Assembly (NCBI GenBank): GCA_964247055.1
Contig: OZ176051.1
Coordinates: forward strand, 11,408,001-11,472,000
Length of the DNA: 64,000 nucleotides
Direction of reading: 5' to 3'
Source of the DNA: Paragordius varius
Taxonomy: Eukaryota; Animalia; Nematomorpha
The number at the start of each line of letters is the position of its first letter. The first letter of the stretch is position 1. Shown piece after piece: positions 13,762 to 26,000 of the stretch. The position numbers were made by a program, and so were the translations under genes. Under the pieces are notes generated by a model that worked only from the letters and a program-made list of their open reading frames with translations, searched no databases and was not told where the DNA came from.

Positions 13762-14638
13762 GTATGGTTGAATATTGATAATTAGGAACAAACATAAAGG
13801 GTCTATTGAAGTGATGATTATAATAAACAAGTATACTATTTCAAATAACAGTATGATTAATGTGTTTATCTATGAAAAAATATATATTAAAAAATAGTTA
13901 CAATGGCGCAAAAGCATTATATCACTGGTACTCACCAAAGAGGGGTAAAATATTTTTTGTCATCTAACTTATACTTTTTTGCTGCCAAATTTTGGAATTT
14001 TTGAGTTTCCTAGTCTGAATGAATTTTTAATTTTTTTTATGTATTTATTTTAAGTTTAAACAGCAAATGTGTCAAACTGTTATGAAATTTATATAATTCT
14101 GAGCCATTGAGACAAGGCAAATATTTTTTAAGGAGTTTTAAATTTGGTAAAAGTACTACGGCACACTATATAATATGCTAATAAATGGATATTAGGATTA
14201 AAAGATATTAACTTTAGAAAGGCCTCAAATTATATTTTAGCCGCAAATTTTATATATAATTTAATTTTTTCCAATCGGACTCGTGTGTAAAAATATAAGT
14301 TTTTATCTCATTAGAATGATTGAATTAATTTTTTAAATACAGTAGGACAATGTTTAATTATTTAATTCCAAAATCACTTACAAGAAGTTACATTTCAACT
14401 ATATCTCGCATACATAACTATCCAAAAATGTAACCGTCTGCAAACAAATGAATATAGCGCACAGATTTTTTATAAAACCAACATTTTTAAATCTATACGG
14501 TTTTTAGCGCGACCATCTTAATACGTCGTCCGTATAGGCATCTAAGCGATTTCTGTGTTCAGAAGAAGTAAATTTAACGTCTGCATATATATTTCAATTT
14601 TATTTGGCATATTTTGTCAAAATATACCTTTCTTTGGG

Positions 14639-14883
14639 CAGAGGCGTAGATAGGGGGCGGGAAGAAAGGAGGCTAATGTACCGGGGGGCATAGTTGAAGG
14701 GGGGCCGGATTTCAATATTTTTTATTTTATTTAAAAAAATAGATATTTAAAAGTTATTATTTTAAATAGTACATAAAAACATTACCCATTTATGAGTTCG
14801 GTTTGTATTTGATTATTTTTTTAAAATGCATGCGATTGCAAAAAGGAGGAGGGGGTGCCAGAAACGCAAGCTATGCCCCTCTG
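14639..14883. mobile_element. hAT-type MITE, 245 bp
   Basis: Imperfect TIRs cagaggcgtag / ctatgcccctctg; flanking 8-mers tctttggg / tctttgga (7/8 TSD). Confidence 0.75.
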
Positions 14884-16154
14884 TCTTTGGAATTTCTTTG
14901 CATATAGGTATAAAAAGGGAAAAATTGAAATCGATGATTTTTTAGCAATGTCCTGTGTGAACAGGATTAAACAAAATAACAAATATCCCAATCAGCATTT
15001 ATTATAAAAAATAATTAATTCTATGTTACTATATGTCAATGGATGTTTCTAGATTGATTTTCTAAAAAATGCAGCTGGTTTCAATATGTATCCAAGAATT
15101 GAACTGGTTCCGATTCTTAGAAAATTAAGCCTTTTTGATATATCATATCAATTTATGTGGCTAATTTAATATTTCCTAATTATTACGATCGCCTTATTGA
15201 ACTTCTCTTCCTTCTCGGTATAATATAAAGGTAGCGCGATTAAAATTCCAAATTTAAAAATAACCGATTCTCTGACTTTGCACACTTAGGATATATTAAA
15301 ATGTTTGTCTTTTGTATAAAGTTGGGAAAAACTATACGAAAAATTTGCTAAATGCGATCATTAACCATACTCAGTTAACACAAATATTATTGATGAAATA
15401 TAATAAATCTTAAATTTTTGGTTTTCGGGCCTTATGAGTCATTACAGATTTAATATTTTAGCTAATATGCTATGACCAGATAAAATTTTTATTGGCCCAA
15501 TCTTTAGCGACAAATATATTATTTTTCCAAAATTTTTTAGAGTATTTTAAAAAATATGGGTGTCGTATAACTCGGTAAGGTTTTTCCCATTTAAATTCAG
15601 CTATGGTCTTATCTCGGATTATATAGGCGCGAATCACAGTTATTTTTTTAAATTAAGTCCTTGGTTCCTCCCGCAAAAATAACGCTTTTAAAGAATAAAT
15701 ATGCCGTAATGTCTTTCAACAACATTCAAAAGTTAGACCCATAATTAGATTACATATATTTACACCTTTTTTATGACGGCACCGATCATTTCAAGTGATT
15801 TTAATATTCTGGTCTACCCCAAAAAAGAATTTCACAGTAGATGCTTAAAAATGAGTAAAAATTATTCATTTTGAAATACCGACAGTCTCAAAATTGTAAA
15901 TTTTCAATATTTCAAAAAAAACGATCAATATTAAAACTAGTTGCTACATAATTATTATATATTTTAAAAGTTATTTATGTTTTATGAAAAACACAATATC
16001 AAATATGTGAGATGTTTAGGATTGTTGAATTATTCAGTAAAAGTAATTGTTTAATGTTTAAGGCTATAGAAAATATTTTTAGGGGAGCGGTTTGTGTATC
16101 AATCCTCTATACGCTTCAATGAAACTATGCTAAAAAGGATTTTCAAAAATTATT

Positions 16155-18702
16155 CAGTATGTATATTAATGGTTGCTTATTTCAGACTATTGAAGGGTAA
16201 TTCGCAACACATTAGTGCAGTGGTACTCAAACCGCGGCCCGCGGGCCGCATGCGGCCCTAAGAGTCCTTTAAAATTGCCCTATGACCATATTGATACTTA
16301 AATTATTTTTTTAATGAATTTCTAAATTACACATAAACGAATTTTCGCTTATTATAATATTAATTTAATTTCTTTAGATTTAATTTGGTAATTTTAATTT
16401 TTGATCCAATTTGAAATGTAGAAAAATCCACCAACAATTAATATAATTTCAAAATTTTGGCACACGTTGTTTCTGTATCTGTATTCTATTTTCTTTTCTA
16501 TTTTCAAATTTTTCTTACATTCCTTTTTTGTATTTAAGCAAGCCTTTTACCCAAACTTCCATATACATATTCTTTTCATTGCTATCCCGCATCATTTTTG
16601 TTATTCCCGTAAAATATTTTTCAAATCAACATCATTAAATATCGACCTGTTTTTTATACCATAATTCAAATTATATTCCTATTTTTAAAAAATTTACATA
16701 ATATTTAAACATAAATGCAAAGGATGACATCTAATGCTAAAAAATTAAATTATCCGATCAAAATCGCTCATTTAAAAAAGAATGGGAAGAAAAATTCTTT
16801 GTCGTTTTAAATAAAAATGTTGTTACCTGCCTTATATGTAAGGACAACATAAAAAATACAATATGAAAGACTTTTTACATCCATCATTCGAATAAATACC
16901 CAGAAAATCATGATGAAAGAAACGAAAAATATAAAAAGATTAAGGATTTATAAAAAATATGTCCATAGCTTTCTCCCAGTAAAAAGCTGTAACATTAGCT
17001 TCGTATGAAATATGCTATATATTAGGAAAAAATATTAAATCGTTTACTGATTTCCAACTAATAAAAGAGTCTAAAAATGGTTGTTTTTTATTTGACAAAT
17101 TCCATGATAAAGACCAAATCATGAGGCAAATCAAAAAACTTCAACTTTGCGATTCAACATGTGCTCGACGCATTGTAGTGTCTAAATATATTTCAACAAT
17201 ACATTGTTGGCTCTGTAAAAACTGCAAATAATTTATTATTGCCATTGATTCTAGCACTAATATTACACCTCAATATGCGCTCTTGAGATTTTGCAACGAC
17301 AACATAATCAACTAGGAGTATTTAATTTTACCAATGAATATTACCACTTAAGGAAGTGATTTTCTCAAAATAATTAGTACTTTTTTTGATAATAATGGTA
17401 TATCTATGAAAAATTGGTTTCGATCTGCCCAGATGGCTGTATTTCTATGATTGGAATAAACAAAGGATTCATTACTCTTTGAACAAATATAATTTGCCAA
17501 ATATTTTATCCTTTCAATGCTTTATTTATCAGCAAAACCTGGTTTCGCGTGTAAAAGAAGAATCACTCAATTCAGTAATTAAAACAGTTGTGGATATAGT
17601 CAACCACATCCGTGGCAAATTCAACCGCCGTATATTCAAAAAAATGAAATATTACAGTGAGTTTGATGATATTCTTTACACCATTGTAAGATGGCTAAGC
17701 CTTAACAAAGTATTAAATAGATTTTTTGTTTCAAAACATGAACTATAATTTATAAATTATAACAATAGTGACAAATGGTGGTTATTAGCCTACCTTGACA
17801 TTACTTATAAACTTAGTATTTTTAATACAAATCTTCAAGGGAGCAAAATAATAACCCAATTTGCTAATCAAATAGTTGTTTTAGAGAAAAATTAAAAATA
17901 TATAAAGATTTTATAAATAAAACACTCCTATATTTACCAGCGCTTAAAACGATTCAAAAAAAATATGGAATTTATCCTCGGACATCCATTTAATAATAAC
18001 AATCATTTAACATTTTCATCATATGCTTAAAACTCGTAATCCATGGAATAGGGATATATCCAATATTGAGCAACTTGAGCATTTCGGTTTTGATCAGGCG
18101 CATATCATTGAAGAATTCGTAGATTTTAAAAATGTCCAATTCGGAGGCATAAGGAGAATCAAACAGAAGAAAGATATGTAGAGTTTTTAGCAAGTATAAA
18201 GAAATGTCAAGTTATTCTAACTGTTTTTTCAATTTACACGTGTGAGACGGCATATTTAAAAATAAAGTATGCCAAGAATACATACAGAAATTCATTAACC
18301 GATGATCATATGGACGACGTATTAAGATTGGCTTGTCGTGAGGAAAACCAAATTTGTCAAAAATTATTGTTTACTAACGAAATAAATGTTGTTATCAAAA
18401 TTTTATTTTTTATCATGGTGCAAAATGAGTTTTTAAATAGAGCGATCCGCAGAAAATTTTGTTTAGAGTATAAATATGTGCATATGTGTCAAATAGCTAT
18501 GGAAGATTTGCCATTGTAAGGTTCATTGCCCTCGAAAAAAAATATGTTTTATTTGGCCCGTCAAATTTTTTTGGTGAGTACCACTGCAGTAGTGTATGGA
18601 AAAAACAAAATGTTGAATAATAAGTTTCTTTTTTCCATACACAGCTGTGTGTTGCATATTGCCGTAGTATAGTGTGAAAGGCAACGATAAAAATGCATAC
18701 TG
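16155..18702. mobile_element. Small CAGTATG-terminated palindromic MITE (~180 bp) split by the hAT insertion
   Basis: Left arm cagtatgtatattaatggttgc...gtgtatggaaaaaa is an inverted copy of right arm ttttttccatacac...aaaaatgcatactg, followed by TA. The same arm recurs at ~30240-30323 and ~47190-47260. Confidence 0.6.
16218..18586 (+). mobile_element. Defective hAT DNA transposon (Charlie/Buster, GTF2IRD2-like transposase), 2369 bp
   Basis: Perfect 12-bp TIR CAGTGGTACTCA / TGAGTACCACTG and an 8-bp TSD cattagtg / cagtagtg. Frameshifted transposase motifs: RSFKKEWEEKFF...TCLIC, VRWLSLNKVLNRFF, WWLLAYL, YTCETAYLKIKYAKNTYRNSLTDDHMDDVLRLA. Confidence 0.93.
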
Positions 18703-21139
18703 TAAATGAGGTAAATGATGAGGGTGGGCTAACTTATATGATGACGGTCCGATTTGAATTTATGCTTATATTATTATATTTATAAAATATTTGAGAGAAA
18801 ATTCCTTATCAATATCCATTTTATTCTACAACAAATGTTTAATAAATTCATTTTTTTCAGGTAAAATATTATTTAAAACTTATAAAAGCAATCTATTATA
18901 CACAATAAATGCTATTAAGTAACTTTGATATATTTAGTTATATATTCGAGTTGTGTACACTCTTGACGTGGTTTGATTAAATTTGTATTCCATATTTTAA
19001 TATATGATTTAAACAACACTGGGGCTGTACAATACCCCTATTTAATCGAAGTACTGTACACATGATTTGCAGAGTGACTGAATCAGAAAACTAATTTAAT
19101 GTCGTAATTAATAGAATATATTAAAATTAGAGAATTTTCACGTGAGACTATCGGAACACGTCTGAAATTAAGATTTAATATTAATGAGTTGCCATTTAAT
19201 GTACCCTAAGATATATTTATTTTTTTTTAAATTAATTTTTTAAAGTTAAAATAATTATCTGGTAGTTTTAATATAAAATAGAAGGCCGAAATACTTTGTT
19301 ACAAAACTAAAATTTTACCATTTGGTTTATATTAATTATTTTTATTAATATAGGTACTTGAATTAGCATTAAAATTTTTTTTCTGTAAGTAAATTAATTT
19401 TATTAAAGTTGACTTGGGTTATCAGTTAAGTTAATTTAAACAAATGCTAAATAATCACGGTATCTTTTGCTCCTTGCCATATATGTATGATTCAATAGAT
19501 ATAATTACTATTTAGTTTTTTAGTTTTACCCACTAGAAATGTTTTTATAGGTAAGTTAGTACTAATTCGCTCATACTGAAGTATATTTATTAACTTTTGT
19601 AGGCAATTAATCAAATTGTATTTACAACATGAGAATTTAAATTTATTTCGTTAATAATAATTTAAAAATATGAGTAAATATGGGAATCAAATAATCGTCT
19701 TATCTAATAATCTTAATCTGAATTTGACTGCATTGATATATTCACTTTGGAATTATCCAACTTCGAGGCAATTCACGCTTTTCTATATGTGAGTACAATA
19801 TATATATAGAATTAAAATATTCAAAATGAAGCAAAGGTCATATGACAAAACACGGTGGATATTGAAAATGATTAAATCGACCATTTGACTTCGAAATAAT
19901 GAAACCGAGAACGATTTTTTCTTACAAGATCCGAAAATAGAACCGGTTAGTTTTAATAATTTTTTAGATCTGCAACCATTTAAACTGTTTTTTAACCTGC
20001 ATCAAAGACCAAAAAAATGTTTCAGTTCCGATCCTTGGTTAAAAAAAATGTAAAAGTTAATACCTATTTTGGATTCCGACTTGGATATCAACATAATCAA
20101 CATAAATCCGACCAAAATAATGATTCCTCGAATATTCATCTTTATTGTCGAGTTCGAAAAATAATTAAAAATAGTCTTTTCAAGGGAGCCCTTTTATATC
20201 TTTTAAGATAAGCCTCGTGCCAAAATTAATAAAATTAATCACTTGAATATCTAAGGAATAAAATATATAAATAGTCTCAAGGCCATCATTTATATAAATG
20301 TTTACAGGTAAAGAAAGATTACCTGTCAAATGTTGTATTTGAAGTTAGGCCAAAGTATTTTTTATTTGACATTAATTTATTCATGACACAAATATGTGTC
20401 AATACTAATAGCGATAACTTTTGAAGACTTTAAATATAAAAGAGTTATTTTCAATCAATTTAAATATTGTTTGGCTCATGATTGCTTTTGTATTATCTCT
20501 TAAAAAATATTTAAATTGAATATATGATATCAGGGGTTTAAACCGTGGCCAATTTTGTTAAAATCGATCCTAATATGTTTATTTGCATTTGGCAAGATTA
20601 TGGTATTTTCTCTAAATCGGTTGAAGACTTTATAAAAATGGTTTTAATGTCTTAAAAAACTAACCAGCTTGATACTTATAGATTAAGTCTGTTTACCAAT
20701 TTATGCCAATTTTCATCACTAGATATTTTTTCCGCCTAAGAAAGACTTATTGCATTTTCATACCTTATCGGCTAATATATAGCAAGCGCTATCTATATTT
20801 TAAATATAGGAATAGATTTTCTCGTTATAAATTGCAATGTTGATTTATAATTTATTATTATAAAACATGAAGCAAGATTGGATTTTTCGGTTTTAAAACC
20901 TTATGAATAATTAAAAATTATATTGTCACTTATATGCTATTAGGAATAGTATATAAAAATATGGGTTTTAAAGCCTTTTTAACGAATAAATCCATACAGT
21001 TATGCATAAGCCGAGCAATTTTATATTTAACCCTGTGTTAAACTGAATCTAAAAAATTAGCGTTATTCGCAAGAAAATATATTTTGACAAGGAAAAATTA
21101 TTAAAATTTCTGGGGGCGCCAGGCCAGGGGCGCGAAAAA

Positions 21140-21480
21140 ATTAGAGAATATAATTAAAATATAAAACTAAAAAACAAATTTTATGAATTCAGGTAATTAT
21201 CAAGTTGTAACCGATATGGAAAAATATTTCAAAAAATGTAGATATAAGGATCTCACTGATTGGGATTCATATAATATTATAATATGTTTACATTTTTATC
21301 TTAAATTTTTTGAGAGAATATAAATAAAATATAAAACTAGAAACAAAGAGGATTTCCGATGCGAATTATCAAGATTTGTCACCGTTATGGGAGAAAGATT
21401 TCCAAAAATGCAGATATAATCTCATTGATTGGGATTATAATATTATAATATATTTTACATTTTTATATTAAATTTTTGAG
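21140..21480. repeat. Tandem duplication of ~170 bp inside a probable hAT-MITE remnant
   Basis: gagaatataa(t/a)taaaatataaaacta...gattgggatt...ttacatttttat(c/a)ttaaatttt occurs twice, flanked by GC-rich ggggcgcg / gggggtcgc motifs. Confidence 0.7.
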
Positions 21481-22582
21481 AGGGGGTCGCAAGAATTCTT
21501 ATGTTCAATTTGGTGCGTGAACAAAAAAATTGGAAACCAGTGAGCTAATATACCAAGAAAAAATTATAACTTAGACGGCATATTTTAAAAATTTCTAGAA
21601 GAATATAAGGTATTATAAATTTTAGAGCTAAAATCAAATATAATGGAAAAGTTAATATTAACGACAAAAGCAAATTTTAATTAGCCAATGTACTCTTATC
21701 TTTGGCTAATTTGCTAATCTATGACAAACAAATTTTTAGAAAGTTTTAATGTTCCATATTTTATTAAATGTTGGATTTCCAAATTAATGAGATCCTTTAA
21801 TTCCTCCTATATCAATCAAAGGACTCTAGACACGATTTGCATTCAAGTGCGAGTAGGTTATTTTAGAAAACCTTTTAAATGTCATGCTAGTCTAATTTAA
21901 TAAAAATTGTCGCGCAACTCGGAAATCATTGCCTTTATATAATTTTTTCTTATTTTTAGGAGGGTCCGAAAATTTGAAGTTTTCGGAACCGACGTATATT
22001 AAATTTAATAAAGATTTGGATGTAGCTAGTAAAAAATTTGATATTTTTTGAAATAACCTGCCCAACAATTTATATTTAATGTGCCCTATTTTTGGCTAAA
22101 AAATTGAGAACATACATTTAGTTTTGAATTTTTATAAAACATAAAAAGCACCATTAGAATCCTGATGTACCGTTTCCCAGTTTAAAAACATTTTCCAAAT
22201 CAATAGAAACGTTTTCCAGCAAATTTTCGGGAGACCCATGAGAACATATGGAATCGATAAGAAATTTAGTCTTTTTTATTTACAAATAAAGCGGCTTTTT
22301 ATATAGGCCGCGATGGCTCCGAATTCGTGAATAACACAATCCAAAAAACGCCCAATAAAAAATCATTTATTTTCAAAGCGTTTATTAATTAGCCATTGGT
22401 TAGGGTACAATCAAAAATTTAATACGCCACCATATAAATATTACATGGCGGCGTCATAGGGAAAATAAATCTATTAGATGAATGAAATACAAGATATTCT
22501 CATTTCTAAACTAGTAGTCTTTTCATTTACACTGTTATTTTTGTGTATATCTTAAAAATATTTTTCGATTAAAAAGTCTTAT

Positions 22583-22769
22583 TGCCACCTTTCGGGGATG
22601 CCAGGGGCATGAAAATGCGCTAGCGTCCAAGGCCATATCTTTAATAATCTGTAAAATCATTAGTTATACACAAGGGCATTGTTACGTAAATAATCGCCAC
22701 AATTAACCATGAAGTAAAATCATTCTGAATATGAATTATTTCATGGTAAGAAAACTCCGAACCCGGAGT
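22583..22769 (+). ncRNA. Unidentified structured element, copy 1 (candidate ncRNA or structured SINE-like repeat)
   Basis: GC-rich island with a GCAU-GAAA-AUGC tetraloop stem, a 12-bp stem ACCAUGAAGUAA/UUAUUUCAUGGU and a terminal ACUCCG/CGGAGU hairpin. A second copy lies at 30744-30932. Confidence 0.5.
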
Positions 22770-23022
22770 TATAAACTTTATATTTATAGCAACTAGCAAT
22801 TGTGGACATCAGGATTATATTAAATTAAAACCAGACAGTAATTATTAAGTATAATATAACACAGTCCACCACAGGGTAATCCCATGGTAAAATAAAATTT
22901 ATTACTAAATTATGATCGAATACAGAAATGTCATGCAAAAAAAAGAATTTATGGCTATGTATTATTACATGTTTGTATATACAATGATTATATTAATGAT
23001 ATCGGGGTTTTGAGGTAAAAAT

Positions 23023-26000
23023 TTATGATTGTGGTACATTTGCGATAGATTCATTGTGAACTTCTAAAAGGTGTCTAGCAAAAACATCCCTCTGTTTCCG
23101 TCCAAACCTAATTCCACAAAGGTGACAAAGGATATAGGAGGGTACATTACGCAGACCACGTCCAGATCCAAAGCCAATTGAATTATTTCTAGAAAAAGGG
23201 CAAAAAAAGTTAGACAGAATGTTTGCAAAAACTAATAGGAGTGAATGAATGAAAAAATATTATATTATGAACAGAAGTAAGTAAAAAACAAAATTAAAAA
23301 AGATAAAAACCCGTCCAGATATTCTGCATTTGTATCGATTACACCCGTCTCTATACCACTGCCATCGACCAAGTAATGATTTTGAGTGCTAAAGTAACAG
23401 ATTAAAAACTTATTGCGAAAAAATATTAATATTAGAATTTAAATAGTGCCCCCTTATTATTAATTTACTCCTTAATCTTAACAAAAGATATAATTACCAC
23501 ATATATCATTAATTATCCGTTTTTTATTAAACTAAATCCAACAACCTATTACAACAATTAATAAACTCTAAAAAAGTTAAAATTATTTTGCCTGTATAAA
23601 ATCTTTCATTTTTTTCCAAAAATTAAACAATATTATATATATCATTTCTCAGTCAATCAAAACATTTTCCCAGATAAAAACGTTTTCCTAGACAATAAAA
23701 ACGGTTTGATTTTGGTGATACATATCAAAACAAGATATAAAAATAACGTTTAATCATTAAGAGCACACTAATAAAGGATATTATTTTTAATAAAACACAA
23801 AACAATCAATTTCTTATTTGTTAAAAGTTATATTTTATTAACTGATTGAGTATTTTATAGTTTTTAAGATATTAGTAAAAAAATATAAAATATTTATTTT
23901 ATCGATGGTTCGCATATATAATCGGGGCTAACCTATAAAATATATAGTTTTGGTTAAATCCTAAATTTTTATAAAATATATTAATTCATTTCAAATTGTT
24001 CATTTAACAGTTTGAATTTGATTTTCCATTTCAACTAATCCTAATTAATGTACATATTTATTATCTTTTAGTCAAATCTTTTTTATTAAATAAGTTTGAA
24101 TCAAAAACATTTTAATTAAAAAGGTATTTTTTGTTTAAAAAGTGTTTTTCCGACTAACTTGACATGTTTAAAAACCAGTTTGAAGTGTTAAATGACCAAT
24201 TTGAGATGAAATGGTATATTTTTTAAAATTATTATTTCAACATCGCTATAAATTTTACAGGTTAGCCCCGATTATTAATGCAAACAATCGATAAAATCAA
24301 AAAATTATTAAATCTTAAAAATATCCCAAAAACCATAAAATACTCAACCAATTAATAAAATATAGCTTTTAGAGAAATAGTCATTAATGATTGTGTATTG
24401 GCATATAATAGAAAAATTTTCATTCAATAATTGTGTCTTTTTCAATAAATGATACCTGATTAATGTGCACTTAATTAAAAGTTATTTTATATCTTGTTTT
24501 GATATTTATAATAAAAAATTTTATCGTTTTTATTGATTAAAAAAAAGTATAGAAACTGGGATTTTGACCGGAAAACGTTTCGATTGACTAGAAAAACTTT
24601 TTTTTTGACTGGGAAATGATATGTATATTTAAATATATATATCAATAAATAAAAACTTATTTTTATCCATATTGCTATTATCGGTTATGTTGTTTTCGGT
24701 TGTATTAAGTATCATATATCCTCCCGACTCTACCAAATTGTCCGCATTAACATGCACATTTGTAAATTCTGTGCTTTCCGAGGCTTGTGGAATATTAACA
24801 ATATTGGTGGTAGTTTCTTGCAGATTTTCACACGCAGTTACAGTGATATTATTGGAGGAACTTAGCAACATGGCCTGTTCTTCGCTTGTTAATTCTTTAT
24901 ATTAATACGATACACATAAGCACACTGAATATTAAAATTAAATAAAAAAACCATTTTAAACCAGGGGTGTCCAATATACGGCCTACAAAATATTAGAAAA
25001 TCCGGAATTTGCAAAAAAAATGCTCACAAAATCTTAGTAAAATTAAATTTTTTCAATTGGCAAGAACTAGTAAAATGTATTGTGTTTGCCTTTTAGTTTA
25101 CTAATTTATGAATACCCATATATATTTCGAATTCGGTCGGGCATATTTGAGCCAGACATCCCTGTCTTAAACCATACAAAAAAATAATTAACTTTAAATA
25201 TTGGATGATTCGTTTCTAAACTTTCTTATCTAATATTAGTTTAATGTTGGCAACATAAAATTATCAATATATATTGTTTGTACATATTAATCATATGTGT
25301 ATAATATACCATTAACAATTCAAATTCACCCTAAAATAAACTATGTGTTTTTTTAAGATTAAAAATACCTATATTTTTTATATTTTTAAAAAATAAAATT
25401 TTGTTTAAAATTAATATAATACTGAAAAAATAATAAATTATGCCATCAAAAAATACATTTCTCACTAATGATGAGTTATATTAGACCAAAAACACAATTT
25501 ATTTTTAGGGTGAATTCGAATTGTTTAAAAGGTGAATTAAATTTGTAAATGGTATATATAAACCTTTTTGAATAAGCATGCCATTTTCATCGGTTACTGT
25601 AGTGTAAGCAGTGGGTTCATGACCAATTTGTGGGTTACAAATCGAATCATCCGTGGGCAAAATCAAAGCATTATTTTGGTTATCATAATATATCAATTCT
25701 CCCGTATCGGTTGTTAACATGGTTGTCGAATCCATGCCATTATTTGCGTGAACGACATTGAGTATTTCAGTCCCAGCATTTACTGTATTTTATATATATA
25801 TATATATGCAAAAAATTACTCTGCAAAAAAGTTTTTTCACAAAGAAAATTACACCTTGCATTCGAAATTATCATGATAAACTTTGATTTTGAAATCTAAA
25901 CTTGATTTTGATATCAAGAGTCAATAGGAAACCTATGTAATGGACAAATAGTTTTTATTGCGCTAGTACTTAGACTGTTGTTAGGAGTAAGTTTTTTTCT

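Noticed and set aside
22583-22769. Assignment of the structured element to RNase MRP, HDV, hammerhead or twister ribozyme, snRNA or tRNA-SINE
   Set aside because: Only partial motif resemblance. The required cores (CR-I/P4, CUGAUGA, nested double pseudoknot, Sm site, A/B boxes) could not be built in both copies.
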